Part shown: positions 23,753-36,852 of the stretch, one piece after another
Numbering within the stretch: position 1 is the first letter of the stretch
Layout of the letters: every line of letters starts with the position of its first letter
Assembly (NCBI RefSeq): GCF_031769215.1
Contig: NW_026783070.1
Span: forward strand, 1-64,000
Length of the DNA stretch: 64,000 nt
Direction of reading: 5' to 3'
Origin: Ylistrum balloti
Taxonomy: Eukaryota
Notes under the pieces: model-generated
Databases searched by the model: none
What the model saw: only the letters and a program-made list of their open reading frames with translations
Told to the model about the DNA's origin: nothing
Translations under genes and position numbers: made by a program

Positions 23753-25090
23753 AGGAATGATACATTAAAATGCCGCCTGCCAGAATTGTCTATATACTGC
23801 CAGGTCGCCATATGATTTTTTTTCAGCCAACTACAATGTTGGAGGAATCGGGATCAGGACAACGAAACGCCTTGGCTGATGAGGTTATGTATAGAGAATA
23901 GCACAGTAACAAAGCGTCATGTAAACGTGTCCGTTTACTGTTAGATAGAGAGCAATAGTATAATACACATAGCACTTGTCAATCTATCAACGAAACCCTG
24001 TTTGTCTATTGAAAACAGTGTTCAATACAACGACTCTTTAGATCATGGATATATTTCTAAACACACACAAGATCAAGAAAAGACACAAATGAACTCTAGA
24101 TGATGTGATAAATTATCGTTTTTATTTTCTTCTTTTTTATAGATTTTGTCCGCAAGGATTATCTGCATCAAATAAAATGCATAAAAGCAATATCAAACGA
24201 GTGCGGGGTTTCTCATAATTTTGTTAGTAGTAGGCTGTGTAGTGAAAGTAGGAGGCTGGCGAAGCAAGCCGACCCGAGCTGCAACGCTGCGAGGTGCGGG
24301 TGGCCTGCCGTGTACGTTAGTCGTGTACGGAACGTTATTACGGAACATGATTGGTGTAGGCGACCACATGATCGAAGAAGCCGGTCAAATTGGCTGACGA
24401 CCGGCTCTTATGGAAAACCCTGGAGTGTCAATGCACATCGTTTAACTGTCACGTCTTTGCAAATTTGAGCAATAGATAAGCTACTATTGAAAACTGTACG
24501 TAAATCGACTCTTCTGTGACGTCACTCTTTTTATACGGTTCTTTTTATATTATGCGCTGTCTATATCCGGTTTTGGAGTTTACCTTGCACCTTGGCGTTT
24601 TTAATGTGTTTGCTTATCACAAGAATGAAGCTTAGGAATAAGGCTGGGAATTTTGTTAACGAGGTAAATCTAATAAGGACGGTATACTAACTACGAGAAG
24701 AAACGCACGACGGAGGCTCAGCAGAGCTATGGACACGGATATTGTATTATTATAATCCATTTCGTGCCACTTACAATTTGATCAAGATTATTAATGATTG
24801 TGCAGAAAGTAAACGCTCGTAACAGGACAAAATATAGACAGAACAGCCAGTGGCGTAGCAAATGTTTTTTTAAGAGTATATGTTTTTAAGAGGAAGCCCA
24901 GGGGTAAAGCTCCAATGGGTGTGTGTGTGGTGGGGGTGGGGAGAGCCCCCTGAAGCCGTCGGGATTTAGCTTATCAGAAATATCTATTCTATTTACACCA
25001 ACACATTTTTTATTCAACAAAAACAACAAAATGCAGTAATTATTTTTGCTAAAAATACATAATCCCTGTTTCATCAACTATATGTCAAAC

Positions 25091-28000
25091 TTAGATAAAG
25101 TGTGCCAGTCTCTTGCCCGATTTCGCGTTAGCAAAGGTTTCCACTGCCCTGCAAATATCTACTTCCTGCTCTCTATGAATATTCAACGTTGCCAGTGATG
25201 CTAATCTCTCCGTTGTCATTGTCGACCGAAGGTAGGTCTTTACCCTTTTCATACTACTGAACGACCTTTCTGCAGTGGCAGTTGTCACAGGCATCGCCAG
25301 CAGAAGTGATGGTATGTTTGTAATATTTGGATATAGCTGAGGGTCAGTGTGATTTAGACAAGTGATGATGTCTGCTGGCCTTTCGTCAGTTGGCACCATT
25401 GACCATCGAGCCTTCCAACGTTCGATTTCTTGCCGGAAAGTGTCAGGATCGGTCAGATCGGCATCGTAGGTGTTGGCATCGTATATTGCTTGAATCATTT
25501 CTGCATTAAGATGCGTATCAAGCTTTTCAGGAAGAAGGGCTTCACCTTTGAACCTGCCCTCACTGTCAACCAGTCTTATTTCCAGTTCGGTTATCAGGTG
25601 ATCCAGGAAGGCAAGGTACAGTGTTACTTTCCAATAGTCCTTTGTGTTGTTCACGACTGGATTAGCGCGTTGACGTTGTATTCCAGCCCTTCGTAGTGTT
25701 GATGGTGTAATATAAAACTCGGCGGCAATTGTAACTGCTTCATCGTATAGTGCGTCCCAGACCGTATCATCTGCGCGTTCATTACGTAACAACTGAATGA
25801 TAACTTTACTTTCTTTCAATGCCTGCAATAGATTGCACTTCGGTGTCTGGAGATAATTTGACAGAGACACAGTACTGCTTAGGATATGTTCTGCCACCAC
25901 CAATCCGATAATGAATTCAAACCGCAGAATTGCACAGAGGCGGCCGCCAGCCTTGTCATCACCATCATCCTTTAGATGGTCAAGGCTGCTTACAACAACT
26001 GATAAGGATGCTTTGAACGTTTTGAGGGCATCTGCCCTGCTCGACCATCTAGTTTCGCAGAGAGTCCTTAATTTAGTCCTTTTTTCCATTTCGTACCGTG
26101 CGTTTTCGTTCGTAGCAAGATCGTTCTTGAATTGGAGAAGTCGTTTTGCAGAATAGTCGAAAGAAAACGCGATATCTTGGACAGTTGCCATCACATTCCG
26201 TACACAAGCCAAAGAGGAAGAATGTACGAGAGCTAAGTTCAATTGGTGAGACTTGCAATGAACGTAGGTCGCGTAAGGTGCTGTTTCTTTGATTATTGCT
26301 TGGACACCTTGAACTTTCCCGACATGTTTGCAGCACCGTCGTAGCCCTGGGCCCGAAGTTTGTTGATATCAAAGCCGTTCTGCTGCAACACGTCTAAAAT
26401 GAGCACAGCGATGGTTTGGCCTTTCGTGTTTTCAGCTGTAACAAAACAGAGGAAGTCCTCTCGGACTGATACCAAAGGACCTTCATAGACAAGATATCTT
26501 ATACAGATCGAGAGCTGTTCCTTTGTGGCGGTATCGGTACATTCGTCGGCTAAAACAGCAAAGTAGCGCGATCGTTGAATAGATTCTGATATTTTTCTGA
26601 CTATCTGAGCAGCGCAAATATCAAGTAGTTCGTTTTGAATATCTGAAGATGTATATTTATATACTACATTCGGGTTCTTCAAGTGGTTTTCTAAAATGAC
26701 GTCCCCTTTACTCAACATGGTCAAAGTGGCTATGAAGTTACTCTTCCTCAGTATGACCACGAATGGCAATATTTTGTCTGCCACATAGTAACAGTACCTC
26801 GATAATACGGCCAATGATATGCCTGGTATTCTTAACATCACTTTTGTGTGACGAGGAAAGTTTCGAAATGATTGAATCTTTATTGCCGGTAACAACATCC
26901 ATAAAATTTTCTGCACGTGTTTTGCTTTTTTTTTTTTTTTTTAATTTTTTCCCCTCAGCTCAGCAATCATTATTAGGGGCTGCCAGAGTTGAGGAGCTCT
27001 GGGTTGTGCACGTGTTTTGCAGTTATTGTGAATTTCGGAACACTCATGGCGTTTCACTAACATGGATAAGTTCACCCAGTCTGATACTCCTGGCTTTACG
27101 AAGAGACGAGTTTTATCAGCCTTATCTCCAAACAATAAACAACAAGCACAGAACACAGAGTCATCCGATACTGAGTATCTCATCCAGCTGTGGTCATTTA
27201 ACCAGCTATGATTGAATTTTCTGTCTCGTCCATAAATCTTTCTGTAAACAAACAAACAAAAATAACAGTCACACCGTCCCCTAATATATGTATATCCAGG
27301 CAGTAAGATTTTTTCCCCGCAGATTATTAATTGAATGGCAATGCACAGTGAAACTTCATCTTTAGACCACTTCAAAATCAAAACAAATTAGTTCAGTCTC
27401 TGAAAGCCTTGTTCTAACGCATTTTGTAATAATTCGGCAAAATGTAATGTTACAATTTGCGTTAAAGCAAATAATGCATATTGTAATACAACGCATTTTG
27501 TAATAATTCGGCAAAATGTAATGCGTTGTAACAAAGCCTTCTATACGTCTTCTTACTAAATAACACCAACTCAGAATTGAGAATAACTCCAAAACCAATT
27601 TACCACCGAGTATACCTGTCAGATATGTGACCAATCAACAATACATGTATTCATGTACATGTACTGTATTTGTGCAATTTTTAGAGCTCTAAATATGTTA
27701 CACGACAGTCGTCTGTACTACGTATACGTCATGTGCTCTTGTATATAGCAATGTTTTTTTTTTTATAAAATTGGTATTCTAATTTCAATGCTTTCGATAT
27801 GCACTTTATTTCAAAATTCTCAGTGGGGACTAAATAGGGTCGGCAACATGCAATATGTACGTAAGCAATGTTTCATACCAGTTAATGTAAAAAACAACAG
27901 AACCAATACTTGTATTTACATTTATTGTCGCCATACGAATTTTCAAAAACTTCAATTTTGTCGAGTCTTACAATTACCGTGACAAGATACAAGAACCTTT

Positions 28001-28746
28001 ATTTAACGTCGTGTTTACAACAATATAACTTTAGTTCAGTAGAGCTATTCTTACGACGAAAGCTAGATTCATTTTTATTATGGAAAAAAATATTATCCGT
28101 TCCTTGAATTCACCTTACATGACAGTATTACTCCCTTTCCGTTTATGTGGGTCCGGTCGGCAGGAGTGGTGAGTGATTGGGGCCGAGGGTTTGGTGTACT
28201 AATTTAGTGATTCATCGATGGAAATCTAATCATGTTTTGAGTTCTTCTATCTTTTCCAAGTTTTATTTCCCCTTGTTGAAGAAAAAAATATTTCCGAGCA
28301 TTGCATCCGCATTACAGTGCATGGATATATTTGCTACGCGATTTTCATGCTAATAGTTATTTTTTGCATTTAACTTAAACTGAGTCTGTGCGAATCACAA
28401 AGAATTGGTTTTAGAGACATACAAATAACAGTATATTAGGTATTGTTTAATAAAATCATCAACTTGTTTACCTGACTGGAAAATTGAATTTGTTAGCAGT
28501 ATCCCACTTTGTCGCCAAAAGAGAACGACGAACACTGTCATCCTTCAGTTCGTTTTCTGACATGACGTTGATATCAGAATAAGGAGGTTTATACTCGGAA
28601 GGCTGAGAGTTGTCTTGAGATGTGTCACTAGACATAATTTCAGAAAGGCTGGTCTTCTTGTTTTCACTTCCTAAATTGTCTTGTGATACCACAGATCCAC
28701 ATGTCCGGTTTACGTTAAAAAGTTCGGTAATTTTACGCTGTGCCAT
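25091..28746 (-). pseudogene. hAT transposase pseudogene (TTF-type zinc finger, DUF4371-like core, hAT dimerisation domain), two exons
   Basis: Exon 1 is 28746-28472 and GT-AG intron 28471-27242 joins in frame (FPVR-KIYG). Motifs WMRYS...FCACC, LCGRQNIAIRGH, DECTD, YDGA, HCKSH, RWSSR, TTATAERSFSSMKRVK. Frameshifts at ~26742 and ~26310, insertion at 26926-27006. Confidence 0.92.
26926..27006 (-). mobile_element. 81-bp polyadenylated retroposed insertion with 14-bp TSD inside the transposase
   Basis: TGCACGTGTTTTGC at 26912-26925 and 27007-27020; T-tract next to the left copy; removing the insertion plus one TSD restores the transposase frame (CKTRAENFMD). Confidence 0.88.
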
Positions 28747-30436
28747 TTTTTAAGTTTAGCGGGTACAAACTATATAAACCAGAAATAGAATTGTTACAAC
28801 AATAACCAGAACCAAATATATTGAAGGGCTAAATATTCCGTATCGTAATGTATATATATAGATATACTGCATACGGTCGGAAAAGAAAAAATGATAGTTT
28901 GATGCTATATATATATATTTGTTTTTTTGTACTTTTATTTCAAACTTTTATTTTAACGTAAAAATAAAAGTAAGAAAAAATTTCTCAAGCGAATTTGAGT
29001 GTAAGCTCAAGCATACAAGCATACATTATTGCTACGCCACTGACAGCGCTCGTTTTGTTTTCTTTGAGAGCGTAGTTATATCATATTCTAGATAGAACTT
29101 GTGAAGTGCTGAACATAGGTAATGGAGAAGTACAAGGCCTTTCTGATGTAGCTACCCGGAATCCTCCTTAAAGTATAATGTCATTTCCAATACTACTAGC
29201 AGTATAACCGATCATGATCGCAAAAAAAAGTATGGTGAGGTCTAATTTTATGTCAAAGTTTTAATGAAATTGAAAATAATGGGTGATTATCCCATTAAAG
29301 GTGAAATATTAAGGGAAAACATGGGTTTTGAAGACAATTTTGCAAATAAAGGAGACAAGATTTGACCAAAAAAAGTCGACAATCATTTTCAAATTACCAA
29401 AACATATAAAATCCAAATCCAAACAGAGAGTATCGCTCTGACGTCTTCCAAATATTTAAAATATCGATTTAACGAATATAACACAAAACGAGTTCAGTGA
29501 TTACTCCTTGTTATAATCACTCTGAACGTTGTTTAATAAAGCCACAAGTAAGAACATGTTTTTGTTCAATAAAAGTAATTTACTAAATAAAAAACAGACT
29601 AATTTTAACAATATTGATTTGAACCTGGTATATGTCAACTAGATACAGCGATGAACAAAGTCACAATGTTCAAAAATTCGTTTTACCTTTTACAGAAATA
29701 TTCATCTAATTTCCTCCTGAATGTCGTCAATGAATTCCTTACATTTGTTTTACATTTTCAAGACAACAAACGTGACGGACATTGAAACTATAAAGATCTC
29801 TCCTGTTCGAGCGTGCTCTACTGAATTATTCAGAAGATACCAGACGATTCATTACAGACTCTATAATACATGCAATTTGGAATTCTGGTATTGTAAATCT
29901 TACACGAAACACGACGCTATAATAAAAGAGTTATTTTGATAACCACATCAAGTTATCTCGACATTATCTTTTCAGACTTTCAGTACTAAAGATGTTTAAA
30001 TATTACACCACGTGGCGATGTGTAATCAGCCAGGCAGGCGTATGTACCAGTAATATCGCAGGCCTGCGGAAGGCATTCTAATGTTCTGTGTGATGAGGCT
30101 CCGAATGTAATGTTAGGCCATGATATGTATCTATCGGTGATAAAATATTTTCATATCAAAAGGGGCTATTTTCACCGAAATATGCAACTACAAACACGCG
30201 CGGAGAGAGCAGCAGTCCCCCCAACCCCACCCCCTGGACTGATATCCTGGTAACTTCAACACAAAACGATATATCATCTACTGCTCGCTTCTCTACATGT
30301 AACACCGTAACCTGGTTCATTCACGTTTCATCTGTACACCGACAACAGCAGCAGTCTTTTTTGTAAATTCGCCTGTTATGTGTTTGGAGTATAACGTTAT
30401 CAATGGTAGAACTAAAACTGTGATGAAAAACCAGAA

Positions 30437-31633
30437 ATGTGTAGAACATCGGCCATACTACCGCTCGGAATATTAACTCTTGTTGTTCTCTCTAGTGCCT
30501 ACGTACAAAATACTCACGAGTTGTATACGACGCTTTTTGAGAACTACACGAACATATTGAGGCCTGTGCAAAACGAACAAGAAACTGTTCGAGTTTCTGT
30601 TAAATTTCTTCTTCGAGGAATTAGCGAATTTGATGAAGTGCATGGCCAGTTGTCATTGGCTACTGCTGTGGACTTACGGTGGCGGGACACAACTCTAAGC
30701 TGGAATAGGTCCGAATACAGTCCGCGCGCTCTGGTCCTACCCGAAACACAAATTTGGACACCACGTTTAGCTCTGTCCAATCCCACTGACCGAATACTTC
30801 TATTCTTTGAAGACTCGTTTCCAGTTCGGTTAAATTCGGATGGCTCCGTGATTTGGCTGCAAGGCGGTACTATTATTTCTACCTGTGTGCCCAATGTGGA
30901 GAAGTACCCTTTCGATGTTCACAAATGTTACTTGGTTATACTAGTAATACCTTACACCCGTGCTGAGGTCCAACTTTACCCGTCAATCGATCTGTCCACC
31001 TTTGAGAAGTTTGGTGAGTGGGAGCTCGGTAATAATAGTATCGAAGAACAATTATATGGCGGATTTTTCTCCTCTATTGTGATTAGTTTAGAAATCAAAA
31101 GGAGACCGGAATTTTCTCTCTTAAGCACAATCTTGCCAATACTGTTCCTAGGTGTTCTCAACGCTTGTGTGTTCCTTCTACCACCAGAGCAAGGGGAACG
31201 CGTGTCCTATGCCCTCACTGTCCTTCTATCCTTTGCGGTCTTTCTGTCCATTATCAGTAGTGTCATGCCAAAGAACTCCGAGCCTGTACCTATTCTATGT
31301 TATATCATCACTGCCATGATGGCCATGAGTGGACTCAGCACTATATGTACTGTATTGTGTCTCCGCTGGTACTTCGCCGATCAGAAACAATCAGTTCCTT
31401 ATCTACTGACCATAATGTGCCGAAAACGGAAAGGAAAACGGAGACACCAGAATTGTGACATTACCAGTGACACGGCACCTCACAAAGAGAACCAAACAGA
31501 GTCAACACAACTCGGGGAATGTCGAGTCACGTGGAGGGACGTGTCTGCGACCTTTGATATTGTATTTTTTGTCTTTTATTTAGTAGCGATTTTCGTTCTT
31601 GTTTTTATATATTTGGTACTTGTTATACAATGA
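30437..31633 (+). CDS. Intronless Cys-loop receptor subunit (divergent nAChR-like), copy 2, 398 aa
   Basis: 10 amino-acid differences from 7621-8817; same motifs. Confidence 0.95.
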   Translation: MCRTSAILPLGILTLVVLSSAYVQNTHELYTTLFENYTNILRPVQNEQETVRVSVKFLLRGISEFDEVHGQLSLATAVDLRWRDTTLSWNRSEYSPRALVLPETQIWTPRLALSNPTDRILLFFEDSFPVRLNSDGSVIWLQGGTIISTCVPNVEKYPFDVHKCYLVILVIPYTRAEVQLYPSIDLSTFEKFGEWELGNNSIEEQLYGGFFSSIVISLEIKRRPEFSLLSTILPILFLGVLNACVFLLPPEQGERVSYALTVLLSFAVFLSIISSVMPKNSEPVPILCYIITAMMAMSGLSTICTVLCLRWYFADQKQSVPYLLTIMCRKRKGKRRHQNCDITSDTAPHKENQTESTQLGECRVTWRDVSATFDIVFFVFYLVAIFVLVFIYLVLVIQ

Positions 31634-31679
31634 TAGTCTTGATAATACAAGCAGTCATGTTCATGGTGCTAACACTATT

Positions 31680-33125
31680 CATTGTGACATACTAGGCACT
31701 ACAATTACTCAGGTACACCATCTTACACCAATCACTGTGACATACTAGACACTACAATTACTCAGGTACACCGGCTTACACCAATCACTGTGACATACTA
31801 GACACTACAATTACCCAGGTACACCGTCTTACACCAATCACTGTGACATACTAGACACTACAATTACCCAGGTACACCGGCTTACACCAATCACTGTGAC
31901 ATACTAGGCATTACAATTACTCAGGTACACCGGCTTACACCAATCACTGTGACATACTAGGCATTACAATTACTCAGGTACACCGGCTTACACCAATCAC
32001 TGTGACATACTAGACACTACAAGTACGCAGGTACACCGTCTTACACCAATCACTGTGACATACTAGACACTACAAGTACGCAGGTACACCGTCTTACACC
32101 AATCACTGTGACATACTAGACACTACAAGTACGCAGGTACACCGTCTTACACCAATCACTGTGACATACTAGACACTACAAGTATTCAGGTACACCGTCT
32201 TACACCAATCACTGTGACATACTAGACACTACAAGTACGCAGGTACACCGTCTTACACCAATCACTGTGACATACTAGACACTACAAGTACTCAGGTACA
32301 CCGTCTTACACCAATCACTGTGACATACTAGACACTACAAGTACTCAGGTACACTACACCGTCTTACACCAATCACTGTGACATACTAGACACTACAAGT
32401 ACTCAGGTACACCGTCTTACACCAATCACTGTGACATACTAGGCACTACAATTACTCAGGTACACCGTCTTACACCAATCACTGTGACATACTAGACACT
32501 ACAAGTACTCCGGTACACCGTCTTACACCAATCACTGTGACATACTAGACACTACAAGTATTCAGGTACACCGTCTTACACCAATCACTGTGACATACTA
32601 GGCACTACAAGTACTCAGGTACACTACACCGTCTTACACCAATCACTGTGACATACTAGACACTACAAGTACTCAAGTACACCGTCTTACACCAATCACT
32701 ATGACATACTAGACACTACAAGTACTCAGGTACACCGTCTTACACCAATCACTGTGACATACTAGACACTACAAGTACTCCGGTACACCGTCCTACACCA
32801 ATCACTGTGACATACTAGACACTACAAGTACTTCGGTACACCGTCTTACACCAATCACTGTGACATACTAGACACTACAAGTATTCAGGTACACCGTCTT
32901 ACACCAATCACTGTGACATACTAGGCACTACAAGTACTCAGGTACACTACACCGTCTTACACCAATCACTGTGACATACTAGACACTACAAGTACTCAGG
33001 TACACCGTCTTACACCAATCACTATGACATACTAGACACTACAAGTACTCAGGTACACCGTCTTACACCAATCACTGTGACATACTAGACACTACAGATA
33101 GTCGGGTTCACCGTCTTACAACAAT
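31680..33125. repeat. 53-bp minisatellite downstream of nAChR-like copy 2, ~27 copies
   Basis: Same unit as 8864-9345. Confidence 0.96.
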
Positions 33126-33269
33126 CATTATTATATATTAGACAGTGCATGTAGCCAGGTACTAATCATTGTGATTTGCTAGACACTGCCAGCACCATCA
33201 TAGCAATATACCATACACTGTGTTTCGTGATATGTTCATCTCCTATATTGACCAGTCGAGTGTGACCTA

Positions 33270-33270
<1 letters not shown>

Positions 33271-33300
<30 letters not shown>
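33271..33300. repeat. (TA)n microsatellite
   Basis: Direct reading. Confidence 0.9.
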
Positions 33301-33708
33301 CTATGTACATCTGCATGGACCAGAAGACAAATGTGATCTATAATGTATTATATACATCCTCTGTATTGACCAATGAAATGTGAGACTAGGTGGGTTCCCT
33401 GTAATAATGTCAAGCGTGACCTGAGATGTTAACCGTCTCTTATGATTTATAATTAAACTGTGTTTCTATCGGGATGCGTTTACAGTGTTACGTTTTCTTT
33501 AAACTTTAATGCTACTAAAGTTAATGAGAAACTGTTGGTATCTTCTACATTGATGATCTAGAACGACTTACTCGTGGTAAACACATTCTGCTATCAATGT
33601 TGTAAAGGCGTGCTGCGTTCAATTTTGTTAAAACGAACGGTGTTGTTTACCCACTTAAGTTTATCTATGTGCGCTCGTACATGTATAGACCTAAAATTAC
33701 AAGGCTTT

Positions 33709-33870
33709 TACACGTACCAATGTTAACTATGTAGACGTACCAGTGTTAGCTATGTACACGTACCAATGTTAACTATGTACACGTACCAATGTTAACTATG
33801 TACACGTACCAATGTTAACTATGTACACGTACCAGTGTTAGCTATGTACACGTACCAGTATTAGTTGTGT
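33709..33870. repeat. 23-bp minisatellite, ~7 copies
   Basis: TACACGTACCAATGTTAACTATG repeated. Confidence 0.9.
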
Positions 33871-33878
33871 ACCATTTG

Positions 33879-34000
33879 ACATTTCAGAATGATAACACTA
33901 GGTCACACATTGCAAAGAGTTTGTAAGGACTTTCTTGCATCTCGGGACCTACTGACTGGCCTCCACATAGCCCCGATTTGCCCCCAGTCGAACACTTAAT
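33879..34000 (+). mobile_element. Degenerate Tc1/mariner DDE transposase fragment
   Basis: With two frameshifts it reads FQNDNTRSHIA-VCKDFLA...DWPPHSPDLPPVEH, matching the Tc1 FQQDNA...WPxxSPDLxPIE motif. Confidence 0.75.
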
Positions 34001-35037
34001 GAATGTATGGAATAACATTTGAACTCTATGTCACGCAGGATTAGAGACACCATAGCTGTTCGGGGAGGGCACACATTAGGGTACCCTAATTCATGACGGC
34101 CAAATGAAATTCTCGTTTGTTAAAAATTTCAGAAAATTTGAAGACGGATGGTCCAATATTCGGAGTTTACTGTTGTATTTCATATTTAGATAATTACACA
34201 TAATATAACAGTAACCCGTTAAGTTGAATATATACACAAAAATATGTAAATTTACACGTGTTTGGCTTGTTTCTGAAATAACGTGTTGCTGCTTGGAATC
34301 TGAGATCGAGATACTCCAAATCAGCAGATGCCGTCAAGCATGTGGCACGTGCATTTTAATATGAACGGGAACTATTCACTGAAAACCTGCCAGCGGGATT
34401 TGATCATTTAGACTCTAAAACTCCCCATGCTAGAATTTTGATTTTCGTTTCAGTTTGTCATTAAAATAATGAGCAGGTTGCAACTTCACACGATTCATTC
34501 AGTTAGTCATTCATTATTATAATCATAACATGGTTACCCCAGGTTATACTATGACTGTTAATTTAAACTACGGATGTCGCACCACAGCATTTGCTCATTT
34601 GGCAATTCTATCCAGGTAGTTTAAAATTACTGTCAAAATTTTAAGAAAGGAAAGTTGAATTCGATATTTTTAAGTATCAGGATTATAAGATTAGACAAGA
34701 AGTAACACAATTACCGTTGGTAGGGGAAACCGATCTGTAAATAACACGCGCACCACTGACGCTGACAATCTCTCCATCGGGGTTGGTGGAGCAATTCAAA
34801 CATCACGCGACTAGAGATAAGAGTATTCACATTAGTATCATGGGGCAATCTGGGAATGATTAGGCATGAAGACACAACCATATAACAGCAGGCCTTTTCT
34901 TGTCAAAGATGATGAAACTACTGGAATATTTTGGTAGATGCCTCAATATCACGTTGTTCTTTGTTTGGATAAGATTTCTTAGTAAGCAATCAGATTATAC
35001 AATTAACTATACTCCGAAAAATGAACTACTGTCAAAA

Positions 35038-35900
35038 TCAGACAGACACTACCTATTACCGGACTGTAGACTTCCTGGTAAACCTCCATCAGACAGACAC
35101 TACCATTACCGGACTGTCGACTCCCTGGTAAACCTCCATCAGACAGACACTACCATTAACGGACTGTCGACTCCCTGGTAAACCTCCATCAGACAGACAC
35201 TACCATTAACGGACTGTCGACTCCCTGGTAAACCTCCATCAGACAGACACTACCATTACCGGACTGTAGACTCCCTGGTAAACCTCCATCAGACAGGCAC
35301 TACCATTACCGGACTGTCGACTCCCTGGTAAACCTCCATCAGACAGACACTACCATTAACGGACTGTCGACTCCCTGGTAAACCTCCATCAGACAGACAC
35401 TACCATTACCGGACTGTCGACTCCCTGGTAAACCTCCATCAGACAGACACTACCATTACCGGACTGTCGACTCCCTGGTAAACCTCCATCAGACAGACAC
35501 TACCATTAACGGACTGTCGACTCCCTGGTAAACCTCCATCAGACAGACACTACCATTAACGGACTGTCGACTCCCTGGTAAACCTCCATCAGACAGACAC
35601 TACCATTATCGGACTGTAGACTTCCTGGTAAACCTCCATCAGACAGACACTACCATTATCGGACTGTAGACTTCCTGGTAAACCTCCATCAGACAGACAC
35701 TACCATTACCGGACTGTCGACTTCCTGGTAAACCTCCATCAGACAGACACTACCATTACCGGACTGTCGACTCCCTGGTAAATCTCCATCAGACAGACAC
35801 TACACATTACTGGACTGTAGACTCCCTGGTATATCTCCATCAGACAGACACTACACATTACTGGACTGTAGACTCCCTGATGATGTCCATCAGACATACA
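35038..35900. repeat. 50-bp minisatellite, ~17 copies
   Basis: Unit ATCAGACAGACACTACCATTACCGGACTGTCGACTCCCTGGTAAACCTCC. Confidence 0.96.
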
Positions 35901-36852
35901 CTAGTAAACATTGCTATACGTCAACCATACCAGGTTTATATTACAAATGTGTGAAAACTGAGTAGAAATCTGCAACAGTTTGGAAAGATAATGATTATTT
36001 TTTTAAAAAAAGGGGCAATAACTCTTCTAAAAATCACTGATCAGGAAAACATGCTTTCCTTTCACTAAGTCTACTTAATGAAAACTTACAGGGGATGTCT
36101 CTAGACAAGATCAAGACAGAAAAAACAGAAAGAAAAGCAGGAACAACACAAAAAAGTCAAATCAAACTGTTTCAATGCAAAACTTCATGTTTTGATGATA
36201 AAGTATACAAAGCTTGAAGGAGAGATGATGAAAACTAAGGGAGATCTCCAGGGATAATGCTAGACGCCATACCATAATATGTCTCATTAATTTTCATTGA
36301 CAAAGAAAAATGTCAACAGATTTGACTCTCATGAATGTTTCCAGACATGTTGCGGTGAGACAATGCCTAGCAATAGGAAGCCTAAGTTTCAGGAGAAGGA
36401 AAACCTCTAACTGACGAAGATCATCAATGGTCTTCAATATGGTCAAGGTTGCAAGAGGAAGTACTTTTAAATCTGATTGGTCTCAAATGAGTGAAATGAT
36501 CAAATCTTGTATTTTCATTCAGTGATAAGACACATATATTTGCATATTTAAACTTCATATTTCAAAAAATGTAACACTTTTCTGTAAATAAAGGTTTTTC
36601 ATGATAGACCAATACTCAGAACACATGTCATTTTTTCAATAATCTTAATTTAATTTAATATTAAAAGTTAGATATCATAAGCAAATGAAATTAAATTTCA
36701 TTATTTTCTTTAGCAAAACAAAACATATAACAAAATTTGTTATAAAAAAATATACAGGAATAATTCATTCAACATGGCACAAAAGCTACTTATCACAATG
36801 CTATTGAAAGTTTAGTTATCACTCACACATTGTCATGGTTATTACAAACATC

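Larger units (their letters stand above)
24848..29042 (-). mobile_element. Full-length but inactivated hAT-superfamily DNA transposon (4195 bp), possibly hAT5-type
   Basis: Perfect 14-bp TIR CAGTGGCGTAGCAA (24848-24861) / TTGCTACGCCACTG (29029-29042); flanking direct repeat ACAGC (24843-24847, 29043-29047); internal transposase. Confidence 0.92.

Noticed and set aside
24170-24800. GC-richer segment left of the hAT as a separate mobile element
   Set aside because: I found no matching inverted terminus, TSD or coding motif within the window.
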